Positions 54,635-63,407 are shown, counted from the first letter of the stretch. The stretch is 64,000 nucleotides of DNA from an uncultured bacterium (GCA_963740635.1 CAVUEQ010000003.1:97350-161349); one strand, 5' to 3'. Numbers and translations: made by a program. The notes: generated by a model from the letters alone, not told the origin.

Positions 54635-55421
54635 TTCCTCGCATCGCTTCTACCCATGAGGTCGGCGATGCACCCTCCCAGACTGCCGCACCCTTTTCTT
54701 GGATAGCGACAAGCTGGGCTTCGTCGTAGTGGGGGTAATAGTGTTCGTAGCCAAGTAGCTCCTCGTCTTTGAGCAGTTCGGTCTTCACATTGTAGAGCGC
54801 CTTGATCCGGAGTAGTTGCTTCTGGTAGAGGCGGTTTTCTTTGTCGCTGGCCAAGAGTTTGGTATCCGACGATACAGTCAGAGACCGGCCGTTCTCAAGC
54901 TGCACATGCACGTTGGCCTTGGATTTACCGCCCATATCGTATATCTCGCCATAAACATACTTTTCGACCTCCACCCAGACGTTGTTGGACGCGTGGTATT
55001 CCGAATCGGCGTTAATGACGATTCTCTTCACATCTTTGCCGCCCAGGGTGAGCGTATATACCCGCCCCTCGTTGAGACGTGCTAGGTTCTGCCACTGATT
55101 GATGATCTTGCGGCGGCCTGGGTCTAGATCGCTGATGTCGTCCGAGCTGGCCGCTTTCTCATAATCTACTTTAACCTCGGCCATAAACGCGGGCTGGCCG
55201 CTTGTAGCAAGCACCAGGGAGCCTTCCTCGACGGCGGTGCTGATCTTGGCATCAAGACGTCGTGAACCTTTCACAAAATCGGCCACTTGGGATACAAAGT
55301 CCTTGAGCATGGACAGGCTGACATGGTCAGGAGTGACCGGTACGCCATCAACGTTATCCTGAAGCGAAAACTTCAGTGTTATAGGATCTTCAACTGATTC
55401 GGCTGAGGTGTTTTTTACCAT
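54624..55421 (-). CDS. hypothetical protein (265 aa), partner of the PIN gene
   Basis: Overlaps the PIN gene start by 11 nt. No recognisable family. Alternative TTG start at 55466. Confidence 0.5.
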   Translation of the reverse strand: MVKNTSAESVEDPITLKFSLQDNVDGVPVTPDHVSLSMLKDFVSQVADFVKGSRRLDAKISTAVEEGSLVLATSGQPAFMAEVKVDYEKAASSDDISDLDPGRRKIINQWQNLARLNEGRVYTLTLGGKDVKRIVINADSEYHASNNVWVEVEKYVYGEIYDMGGKSKANVHVQLENGRSLTVSSDTKLLASDKENRLYQKQLLRIKALYNVKTELLKDEELLGYEHYYPHYDEAQLVAIQEKGAAVWEGASPTSWVEAMRGNDG

Positions 55422-55639
55422 AACCTTTATGCTTATGCTATCACGGATTGTAGTACCGAACACCAACCGAAACTATTGGTATTTCTTACAGGATTCTTAC
55501 AAAGAGTCCGACGTGATTTGGTAGGAGCTGATCATATACGCGAGGCCAGCGACCTGCAAGCACATGGGGAATCCGCCCGCCTTAGCGTAATCGCAAGAAT
55601 CATGACCCGGCTCGCCTACCAGCAACAACGGCAAAGAGC

Positions 55640-56629
55640 TTACTTCTCCCGGCCGGTGTCGCTCTTGTCCACCCGAGCGAGTCTCCTCTGATACAGGTGT
55701 CGGAAAAGCTTGATCTCTATGATCCTAAACTTATCCAGCACTAGGAGCAGGATAATTACGCCGAGAACGGTTGCTAGGCCTGTCCCGGCGGGAGTTGAGA
55801 CGCCTTTAACGAGCGTCTTGATTGGAGCCGCAGCCGCTGCAGCAGCCGAAGCCGCCTTGCTTGGAGAACCGCTGGGCGAGGGAGATGCGGTCGAAGATGG
55901 CTGGGTACTGTTATTTGAGACAGCATTTTGGGACTTGCCACTACCTGTGGACGAATTGGAGCTACCGGAGGCGCTCTTTTGATCCTCATAGCGGAATACA
56001 GTCACCTGGGCGCTCGTTGTCTGATGGCCAGCGTTGTCGGTGGCAACGGCGGTTACGGCATTTAGCCCGATCGTGAGAGGTAGTGTGACCGAATATGCCC
56101 CGCCCTGCACGGACGCTGCGTGGCCATTTACCGTGACTGATTGGATTCCGGAACCGCTATCACTCACCGATCCCGTTACGCTCACGTTTGCGGCGGCGGT
56201 ATTCGTGTTGTTCTGGGGCAAGGAAATCGAGACCGTTGGTGCCTGCGTGTCGTATTTTAGATCGCCTTCCCACGCGACGATATTAAACTGGCCGCTGGGC
56301 AAGGACTGATTGCAGTAGAGAGCCCCCATTCCAAGTACTCCGTCAGTCTCGACATGTACGACCGTCTCGTTGGCATCTGTTAGAAAGCGATAGTGATGGA
56401 GGCCTTGAGCAAACCAGTCGTACCCGGAATCCGAGCTGGAACCGCATTGATTCCATACTGGCTGCCCCGTAAACCACTCGTTTGCCAGGCTGCAACCGTG
56501 AATGGCTTTGCAGTAGGGGCCGTACATTGGAGTCGCAGCGAGGCCTACACCTGGCAACCAAGCCATTGCCAAAATGACTGCCGGTAGAAGCAGCCTAATT
56601 GACCTCAATATTTTCCTTGCGTGAAGCAC
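55640..56629 (-). CDS. secreted Ig-like domain protein with Ser-rich linker and C-terminal membrane anchor
   Basis: Signal peptide, a Cys-containing N-domain and an Ig-like segment (..VSVTGSVSDSGSGIQSVTVNG..), then a Ser-rich linker, TM and basic tail. Confidence 0.55.
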   Translation of the reverse strand: MLHARKILRSIRLLLPAVILAMAWLPGVGLAATPMYGPYCKAIHGCSLANEWFTGQPVWNQCGSSSDSGYDWFAQGLHHYRFLTDANETVVHVETDGVLGMGALYCNQSLPSGQFNIVAWEGDLKYDTQAPTVSISLPQNNTNTAAANVSVTGSVSDSGSGIQSVTVNGHAASVQGGAYSVTLPLTIGLNAVTAVATDNAGHQTTSAQVTVFRYEDQKSASGSSNSSTGSGKSQNAVSNNSTQPSSTASPSPSGSPSKAASAAAAAAAPIKTLVKGVSTPAGTGLATVLGVIILLLVLDKFRIIEIKLFRHLYQRRLARVDKSDTGREK

Positions 56630-56949
56630 AATTTGGTCCCGTGACTTGCAGTTATTCTACAATCTACCGTGGAATTAGGCTAGAGGCTTGAGCTTAGAGA
56701 TGCTTGGGTTCACATACATCTAAGTAGTGCTTGCGACCGGCATGTCCCGTAGCACCCGGTACCAATCCACCAGCTCCTTCTTGATAAGGTTCCACCGAGT
56801 TAAACTCAAGTCCACCAATAATTGACTCCAACTAGGTAAGGCCAGGTCTATGAACACGGAAATTCCGTCGCCAGACGACAAACGCCTACGGTATCGGGGA
56901 GCGGACAGCTCAAGAAATTACCGTCGAAGTCCCTGGGCATGACGGCCCG

Positions 56950-57750
56950 GTGGCACTGCAGGTTCAGACTGAGGGCGCCCTCATCGAGGATCTGCGGGTT
57001 GGTGATACGCAGGTTCTGACTAGCGTTGACGTCAAGGACCCCGAGACGGGAGACGATTTTTTGCGACCGTTGAAACGCGACGGCACGATCACAGTGTTGC
57101 CTTATGGTCCCAGCCCGGCCGGTCCTCAGCATGGCCCGTCGCGCTATAACCAGTACAATATCGCATCATCGGCAGCTAATAGGCTTGAGCTGACGGCCCG
57201 GGATCCGCAAGGCTACGGACACCTCAAGACGCTAGTGGCTGAGGCCGACGGAGCGACGATTACTGACGAAGTCGTAAACTTGAGCGGTAACGAGGCACGA
57301 ATGAGCGTCGGCGAGCATTTCTATTTTCCCGTGCAAGAAGCCGAGTTGGCCCAGGTGAAATTCCTGAACGAATCCGGTGAAGAAACTTCCTTTGCGACCG
57401 GAGTCGAGGATAAGGGCAATGCCCACGGAAAACTTTCTGACTTCCTAGATGAACTTATGGACGGGAAAACGCTGCATATCGAAGGGTTTACCGGTAGCCA
57501 ATCGATTAGCATCCCCGGCCTGGGAGTGATCGAATTGGGCGCCGACGCCCAGGTGGAAGGACAGAAACAGGCTGTGAGCCTGTTGATATGGCATCGTCCA
57601 GGGACAAACACCATTTGCTTTGAGCCCGTTGCAGGGGTAGCGATGGACAGTGAGGGCCGCGAGCAAAGCGACGGGGTGGCACTCGGTGCGGGCGAGACCG
57701 TGACCCTGACGTCTCGGGTCCGTCTGACGCGCTCGTTAGCCGGGCAATAG
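56950..57750 (+). CDS. aldose 1-epimerase-fold (hexose-phosphate mutarotase-like) protein; N-terminus probably displaced by a frameshift (ATG at 56850)
   Basis: ..PQHGPSRYNQYN.., ..GEHFYFPV.. and ..TICFEPVAG.. align with aldose-epimerase family motifs. The same frame stays open and protein-like back to 56854 with no start codon. Confidence 0.6.
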   Translation: MALQVQTEGALIEDLRVGDTQVLTSVDVKDPETGDDFLRPLKRDGTITVLPYGPSPAGPQHGPSRYNQYNIASSAANRLELTARDPQGYGHLKTLVAEADGATITDEVVNLSGNEARMSVGEHFYFPVQEAELAQVKFLNESGEETSFATGVEDKGNAHGKLSDFLDELMDGKTLHIEGFTGSQSISIPGLGVIELGADAQVEGQKQAVSLLIWHRPGTNTICFEPVAGVAMDSEGREQSDGVALGAGETVTLTSRVRLTRSLAGQ

Positions 57751-57783
57751 CGGGCCGCACTTTTTTGGTGGTACGATGTTCAC

Positions 57784-58428
57784 ATGGATAAGCGCAAGCA
57801 TAACGAGCCGGAGCACGGCCGCCATTATTTGGTGATGGCCCAGGTGTGCGAGCCGAAATACGGTGACGAGATGAAGTTTGTGGCAGCCGAAAAGGCTTTG
57901 GTGGCGCGGAAATTGGCCGCTGCCCGGGGGATTTCGCTGCCGAAATTGGGCTTTTACGGCCAGGATGACTGGAAGCGCTATGAGCACCAGTTGGAAAAAT
58001 ATGCCCGTCAGCTTGAAGAATATGAAGAAGATGTGGACGGCGGGATTCTGCCGGTCAAGTTCGCGGTATATAACGACGCCGAATTTTCCGACCGCGGGAT
58101 CCATGTGACGGTGAAGGTGAAGGGCGGCCGTGTAGATAGCGTGAAGAAGCCGCCGGAGCGGCCGGAGCGGCTAGATGGCGGGCGCAAACCGTGGCCCAAA
58201 CTCACGTTGCCCAAGCCGGGCTTTTCGCGCCGTAATGTCCGGATCACGCCACACGCGGTGTCGGTGGTGCTATCGAACTTGCACGCCGAAGACGGCGCGG
58301 TGCTTGTAAACCAGCTCGTCCACGTGCACTGCGGTCCGGAGACCACGGTGCATTATGAAGTCATGAGCCACAATGTGGCGCACGAAACCGGCGACGTCGA
58401 AATCCAGCAGGCAGCAGCCGCTACTTAA
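57784..58428 (+). CDS. hypothetical protein (214 aa)
   Basis: ORF with host-like GC. No family recognised. Confidence 0.45.
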   Translation: MDKRKHNEPEHGRHYLVMAQVCEPKYGDEMKFVAAEKALVARKLAAARGISLPKLGFYGQDDWKRYEHQLEKYARQLEEYEEDVDGGILPVKFAVYNDAEFSDRGIHVTVKVKGGRVDSVKKPPERPERLDGGRKPWPKLTLPKPGFSRRNVRITPHAVSVVLSNLHAEDGAVLVNQLVHVHCGPETTVHYEVMSHNVAHETGDVEIQQAAAAT

Positions 58429-59056
58429 GCAGCGTGTCGGCCTGGGCCTTGAGGGCTTCGTAGGTGCTTGCGCCGCTGAATTTGACGCCGTTGAAATAGA
58501 AGGTGGGCGTGCCACTCACGCCCAAGGCGGTAGCGTCGGCGGAGTCCTGGTCGATGACGTTTTGGAATTGCTTGCTGGTGAGGGCCGCCTTGAACTTATC
58601 GGCGTCAAGGCCGAGGTCTTTGGCATAACCCACGAAGGTGTCGGTGGGGTCGGAAGATTCGGACCAGTCCTTTTGGGTGGCGTAGAGCTTGTCGTGCATC
58701 TGCCAATATTTGCCCTGGTCGGCGGCCGACTCGGCCGCATTGGCCGCAGCATTGGCGTTTTGGTGGAGGTTGACGAGCGGGAAGTTGCGGAAGTAGAAGG
58801 TGATTTTGCCGTCGTAGTCCTTGAGGAGCTTCTCCACATTGGGCTCAGCGGCGCCGCAAGCCGGGCACTGGAAGTCGCCGAATTCCACCAGCTGGACCGA
58901 CCCGCTGCCCTCTTTGTGGCTCGAATCCCGGATGACTTTGGTGTCGCCCTTGGGCGTGTTGGCCTGCTGGTTGTTATTGGCGATGGCAAACAGGCCAATC
59001 ATGCCGCCGACGACTACTACGAGGATGCCGATGAGAATTTTAGCTTCGCGTGACAC
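58421..59056 (-). CDS. DsbA-family thiol:disulfide oxidoreductase (membrane-anchored)
   Basis: N-terminal TM. ..VEFGDFQCPACG.. CxxC thioredoxin-fold motif. Confidence 0.85.
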   Translation of the reverse strand: MSREAKILIGILVVVVGGMIGLFAIANNNQQANTPKGDTKVIRDSSHKEGSGSVQLVEFGDFQCPACGAAEPNVEKLLKDYDGKITFYFRNFPLVNLHQNANAAANAAESAADQGKYWQMHDKLYATQKDWSESSDPTDTFVGYAKDLGLDADKFKAALTSKQFQNVIDQDSADATALGVSGTPTFYFNGVKFSGASTYEALKAQADTLLK

Positions 59057-59099
59057 AGTTAAGCACTCCCTTCACAAGTATTACGTTTACTCTAACAGA

Positions 59100-60212
59100 T
59101 TACTCCCAGCTGAACACGCGAACCGCAACGAAGCCCATTATGACACCCCAGACCAGCAGGCCGAGGACGTCGGAGCGGACGGCCCAGAGCGTCGCCCCGT
59201 CGTTGGCCACGTGGCGGAGAGCGTCGGCGAGGTAGGTGAGGGGCAGGTAGCCGGTGACGAATTGCAACACCGGCGGGAAACCGTCGCGCGGGAAGAAAGT
59301 GCCGGACAGGAACATCATGGGGAACTGGATGAGCTGGGCGACAGGTTGGGCCTGGTCTTCATTTTTGGCCCAGCCGGCGATGGAGAAGCCGAAGAGCTGG
59401 AAGACCGCGCTGCCGATCAGCGACAGGGCGATGAAGGCCGCCCAGCTGGCCGGGCTGAGGTGGAAGCCGAACGCCACCACGCCGACGGTGGCCAGCAGTA
59501 TGGTCTGGAGCACGGCCATTATCAGACGGGTGAGGCCCTGGGCGGCCAGGAAGCTGCCGGGGTGGATGGGCGTGGCCTGGAGCCGGCGCAGCGTGCCGGT
59601 GGTTTTGTAGCTCACGAAACCGAAGGCCACCGAGAAGATGCCGATCTGCATCACCGACAGGCCGATCATGCCGGGCAGCAGGAAGTCAATGTAGGTGAGG
59701 TTCTTGGTTTTTACGCCGCTGGCTTCCACCGAGATGACCTTGGGGGCCTTGGTGATCTGGTCGTTGGTGGCGCTCGTGATTTCTGAGAGGATCTGGGCCG
59801 CCGCCTGGCCGTTGCCCGGGCGCTCGGCGTTGAAATGGGCGATGATTTGTGAAGGCGTGACGCGGCCGTTTTTGGCGGTCTGGCCGAAATTCTCTGGGAG
59901 GGTCACCGTGAGGTCGGCGTCACCTTTGTCGAGGTCACGGGAGGCCTGATCGGCCGAGGCGTCCTTGATCTTGAAGGCGGTCACCTTGTCTTTGAGCGTT
60001 TGCTCAAATTGAGTGGCCATCGTGGTACCAGACAGGTTAACGATGTCGATCTTAAAGGTGCTGGAATTGTTCTTGAAGATGAGGCCAAAGACCGTGATGA
60101 AGACCATGGGGAAAAAGAGGGAGAAAAATATGGCCGTGCGGTTGCGGAAGTACATCTTGAGCGAGGCGATGAGGAGGCCACGGAAGGCGATGATAGTGCG
60201 CTGCTTGCCCAT
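59100..60212 (-). CDS. ABC-2 type transporter permease
   Basis: 370 aa. One N-terminal TM, a large loop, then 5 TM helices. Immediately downstream of the ATPase gene. Confidence 0.8.
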   Translation of the reverse strand: MGKQRTIIAFRGLLIASLKMYFRNRTAIFFSLFFPMVFITVFGLIFKNNSSTFKIDIVNLSGTTMATQFEQTLKDKVTAFKIKDASADQASRDLDKGDADLTVTLPENFGQTAKNGRVTPSQIIAHFNAERPGNGQAAAQILSEITSATNDQITKAPKVISVEASGVKTKNLTYIDFLLPGMIGLSVMQIGIFSVAFGFVSYKTTGTLRRLQATPIHPGSFLAAQGLTRLIMAVLQTILLATVGVVAFGFHLSPASWAAFIALSLIGSAVFQLFGFSIAGWAKNEDQAQPVAQLIQFPMMFLSGTFFPRDGFPPVLQFVTGYLPLTYLADALRHVANDGATLWAVRSDVLGLLVWGVIMGFVAVRVFSWE

Positions 60213-60213
60213 G

Positions 60214-60975
60214 CTAGTCGCGAAGTTCCTTGCCGGTTAGCTCAATGAAGACGTCTTCCAGTGTGGCTGCCTGGACCTTGGTGTGCGGCTTGAACCCGCG
60301 GCTGAGCAACTTGTAGATGAGGTGGTCGGGCGTGTCCATGGCGATAATTTTGCCCTCGTCCATGATGGCCACGCGGTCGCACAGCACCTGCGCCTCCTCC
60401 ATGTAATGCGTGGTGAGGATGACGGTGGTGCCTTTTTTCTGGATGGCCTTGATCAGATCCCAGAGGTTGCGGCGGGCCTGGGGGTCGAGGCCGGTGGTGG
60501 GCTCGTCGAGAAAGACGGCGACCGGCTTGTTCACCAGGGTGGTGGCGATGCTGAAGCGCTGCTTCTGGCCGCCCGACAGTTCCTTGGCCTTGGCGTTGGC
60601 CTTCTCTTCGAGCCCGACTTCGCGCAGCAGCTCCATCGGGTCGCTGCGCTCGGCGTACAGGTCGTTGAAAAGGCGCAGCAGCTCGACGAGGCTGAGGTTC
60701 GGGAAGAAAGCGGATGATTGCAGCTGGATGCCGATGCGTTCTTTGACGGCGTAGGGGCGGCGTTTGACGTCGAGGCCGTCCAGGCGGGCGGTGCCGCCCG
60801 TGATTTCGCGCAGGCCTTCGATCATTTCGAGGGTGGTGGTTTTGCCGGCGCCGTTGGGACCGAGGATGCCAAACACTTCGCCCTTTTTAACGCTAAAACT
60901 TACGCCTTTGACGGCTTCAAAACCGTCAGCGTAAGTTTTGCGGAGATTATTTACCTCTAGGATTGGACTTGGCAT
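60214..60975 (-). CDS. ABC transporter ATP-binding protein
   Basis: Walker A GPNGAGKTT, signature LSGGQKQR and Walker B VFLDEPT. The track ORF was trimmed from 61095 to the ATG at 60975 (MPSPILEVNNLRK..). Confidence 0.9.
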   Translation of the reverse strand: MPSPILEVNNLRKTYADGFEAVKGVSFSVKKGEVFGILGPNGAGKTTTLEMIEGLREITGGTARLDGLDVKRRPYAVKERIGIQLQSSAFFPNLSLVELLRLFNDLYAERSDPMELLREVGLEEKANAKAKELSGGQKQRFSIATTLVNKPVAVFLDEPTTGLDPQARRNLWDLIKAIQKKGTTVILTTHYMEEAQVLCDRVAIMDEGKIIAMDTPDHLIYKLLSRGFKPHTKVQAATLEDVFIELTGKELRD

Positions 60976-60991
60976 GCCGCCTAGTAGCGTA

Positions 60992-61192
60992 TCACCAAGC
61001 CTTCTTGAGGACAAGCAGGCCGGTGCGCGGGTTCTCGACCGAGACGTAGCCTTCGGGCATGGCGTCAACGGCGCCGTCGCGGACATCGCGGGCAAAGAAG
61101 TAGATCCTCTGGAGACGGCCGCCCTTGAGGGTGACGTCCTTCATGTGGAGGAAATACTGCTGACCTTTGGAATTGGTTTGGGAATAAGCCAT
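60992..61192 (-). CDS. hypothetical small protein (66 aa)
   Basis: ORF upstream of the ABC genes in the same orientation. No family recognised. Confidence 0.45.
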   Translation of the reverse strand: MAYSQTNSKGQQYFLHMKDVTLKGGRLQRIYFFARDVRDGAVDAMPEGYVSVENPRTGLLVLKKAW

Positions 61193-61268
61193 ATGTATTC
61201 CTGATTAATACTGTTATCTGTATTATGCTTATGCTATATCTGTTGTCAACTGTTTTTGTGCTCTGGGC

Positions 61269-61645
61269 TCAAATTACTTGCGTGCACAGGTCGCAGAATC
61301 CCTTAAGTTCTACTTGTTTCTCGCGCATAACGTAACGCCGGCGCTTCATAATATCGTCGAGCGACCGCACCCGGTACATACGATGGAGTAATGCTGGTGA
61401 CGAAAGGGTGGCTGAAGTTCGACGAGACCCGCGGGCAGCTCACGGATGATACGAGTGTTAATGAACAGCCGCACCGTGCGGTAGACGGTGCGCTTGCTGA
61501 CGCCGCGTTGACCTAATGGCTCGACGAGCGCCCGGGGCCGGCAGGGACCAATGGCGCCGATCAGGTAATATACCTCGCTGCGCTGACGGGTGCGGCTCAA
61601 ACCGTAACGCAAAAGCTCGGTGTGCATTGCCTCTGGAGGAAACAT
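61269..61645 (-). pseudogene. Fur-family transcriptional regulator interrupted by a 1-nt frameshift near 61349-61366
   Basis: ORF 61346-61645 ends ..HQHYSIVCTGCGRSTIL*. A shifted frame continues LDDIMKRRRYVMREKQVELKGFCDLCTQVI*, supplying the second CxxC pair expected in Fur proteins. Confidence 0.7.
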
Positions 61646-61665
61646 AGTTGCGTTACCATACCAGA

Positions 61666-61688
61666 TTTTTGACCCAATGGGTCAAAAA
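61666..61688. promoter_or_regulatory. perfect 11-1-11 palindrome upstream of the Fur-family gene (candidate operator)
   Basis: TTTTTGACCCA-A-TGGGTCAAAAA overlaps a TTGACC -35-like hexamer. An extended -10, TGgTATGGT, lies 9 nt before the ATG at 61645. Confidence 0.6.
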
Positions 61689-61836
61689 TTCGCTATAGTG
61701 CACCAAGAGGAGCTCCGACCGTGTGACGGGGAAGTGGTATCATCAGCGCATGAACATTCCGAAGAAGCATCTTAGGAACGGATTTGAACTGCCGGTGTAT
61801 GGGCTGGGAGATGGAGCCCGAGGATTTCGAGAAACT

Positions 61837-62094
61837 CTAAACGTCGGCGAAGAGGGTGACATTGTCGCGGGTGACGCGCAAAATGCCGCGGGCTATCTGG
61901 AATTCGAGCTGTTGGAAGCCGGTGTTGACGGTGACGGCGCCGCCCGTGAGCAGCGAGAAGAAGTTGATGTGGCCGGGCAGCACGTCGAACGGGCCGGTGC
62001 GGTTTTCGGCGCTGAGGCTGATGGCTTCGCCCTGGTAATAAGTCTGGTAGGGGCTGAAAATTTTGATCTTGAAACGCTTTTGGTTCTTGTCCAT
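61837..62094 (-). CDS. atpC: F0F1 ATP synthase subunit epsilon
   Basis: 85 aa. ..PGHINFFSLL.. (consensus PGH.P....L). The start overlaps the atpD stop (ATGA). Confidence 0.8.
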   Translation of the reverse strand: MDKNQKRFKIKIFSPYQTYYQGEAISLSAENRTGPFDVLPGHINFFSLLTGGAVTVNTGFQQLEFQIARGILRVTRDNVTLFADV

Positions 62095-63407
62095 TAAATG
62101 AGGATCTCCTCCACGCCGGAAAGGGTTTGCTCGCGGCTGAAGTACATGCCGGGCACGCCGTTGAGCTTCTCGGTGACAAAGAATGACTGCGAGAAGAATT
62201 CGATCAGTTTCTTGGCTTTCTGGTAGTCGGCGCGGTCTTGGGGCGAGAGCTCGTTTTCGCCGATGATGGCGATGATGTTTTTGAGCGAGTCGTACTTTTG
62301 CATAATCGACTGCACCTGGGTCACCAGCAAGTAGTGGCGCTCCCCCACCACCTCGGGCGTAACGAGGCTGGAGGTGGTTTTGATGAGGTCGACGGCGGGG
62401 CGGATGCCGGCCTCAGCGACCTGGCGCGAGAGCACGATGACGGAGTCGATCTGGGACGAAATTTCCTGCACGGCGGGGTCGGTGAGGTCGTCGGCCGGGA
62501 CGTAGATGGTCTGCACGGCGGTGATGGAGCCGTTTTCGTTGCTGTAGAGGCGGTCCTGAAAACGCTTGAGGTCGGAGAAGATGGTGGCCTGGTAGCCGCC
62601 CTCGGACGGGATCTGGCCCATCATGGTGGATAGCTCGTTGCCGGCCTGGATGTGGCGGTAGACGTTGTCGACGAAGAACAGGATGTCGCGCTTCTCCTCG
62701 TCGCGGAAGTATTCGGCCAGGGTGACGGCGGCCGGGCCGACCATGGCGCGCATGGCCGGGTTCTCGTTCATCTGGCCGTAGAACATGGCGGTGGCCCCGA
62801 GCATGTCGCGCTCTTTGAGGGTCTCGTAGAGCTCGGCGCCTTCACGGATGCGCTCGCCGATGCCGGCAAAGAAGGCCAGCTTGCTCGGGTCTTTGCCGAC
62901 GTTGTTGATGATTTCCATGATGAGCACCGTCTTACCCACGCCGGCGCCGCCGATGATGCCGATTTTGCGGCCTTTGACGAAAGGCGTGAAGAAGTCGAGC
63001 ACCTTGATGCCGGTCTCGAGCAGCTCGTCCTTGTTGCCGTAAAGCTGGTTTGAGCTGGCGTTGGTGTACACGCTGCGGCGCGGGACGTCCGGGCCGAAGG
63101 GCTCGAGCTTGTCGGCCGGCATGCCCACGGAGTTGAACAGGCGGCCGAGCACTTTGGCGCCGGTGGGCACCGAAATGGTGGTGCCGGTGGACACCACTTT
63201 GGCCCCGCGGGCCACGAGGGTGCTGGTCATATAAGTGATGCAAATGGCTTCGCGATGCTCGGTGAAGGACTGGATTTCGAGCAGGATCTCGGGATGGCCC
63301 TCGATAGTTAAAACTTCGCGCAACGCCGGACGGCCATCACCCTGGAAGGCCACTTCCACGATGAGTCCGCGAATGCTAACTATATGACCGGTAAATCCTG
63401 CTGCCAC
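62094..63407 (-). CDS. atpD: F0F1 ATP synthase subunit beta
   Basis: 437 aa. Walker A GGAGVGKTVLIME, ..GERIREG.., ..DNVYRH.QAG.E.S...G..PS..GYQ.T. GTG start. Confidence 0.93.
   Translation of the reverse strand: MAAGFTGHIVSIRGLIVEVAFQGDGRPALREVLTIEGHPEILLEIQSFTEHREAICITYMTSTLVARGAKVVSTGTTISVPTGAKVLGRLFNSVGMPADKLEPFGPDVPRRSVYTNASSNQLYGNKDELLETGIKVLDFFTPFVKGRKIGIIGGAGVGKTVLIMEIINNVGKDPSKLAFFAGIGERIREGAELYETLKERDMLGATAMFYGQMNENPAMRAMVGPAAVTLAEYFRDEEKRDILFFVDNVYRHIQAGNELSTMMGQIPSEGGYQATIFSDLKRFQDRLYSNENGSITAVQTIYVPADDLTDPAVQEISSQIDSVIVLSRQVAEAGIRPAVDLIKTTSSLVTPEVVGERHYLLVTQVQSIMQKYDSLKNIIAIIGENELSPQDRADYQKAKKLIEFFSQSFFVTEKLNGVPGMYFSREQTLSGVEEILI

Larger units (their letters stand above)
50323..56819. 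mobile_element. putative integrative element (about 6.5 kb) at the 3' end of tRNA-CAU; right boundary uncertain
   Basis: A large serine recombinase abuts the tRNA. GC is visibly lower than in the flanks. Contents are RHH and XRE regulators, a PIN module and orphan ORFs. CCACCAAT occurs at both proposed junctions (50317-50324, 56812-56819). Confidence 0.55.

Noticed and set aside
56787-56819. Degenerate copy of the tRNA 3' half (GGTTC...CCACCAAT) as attR
   Set aside because: Apart from GGTTC and the terminal CCACCAAT octamer, the segments do not align and differ in length. It is kept only as a weak boundary hint, not as a feature.
61723-62097. 124-aa plus-strand ORF over atpC
   Set aside because: It is antisense to the ATP synthase epsilon gene and has no independent support.
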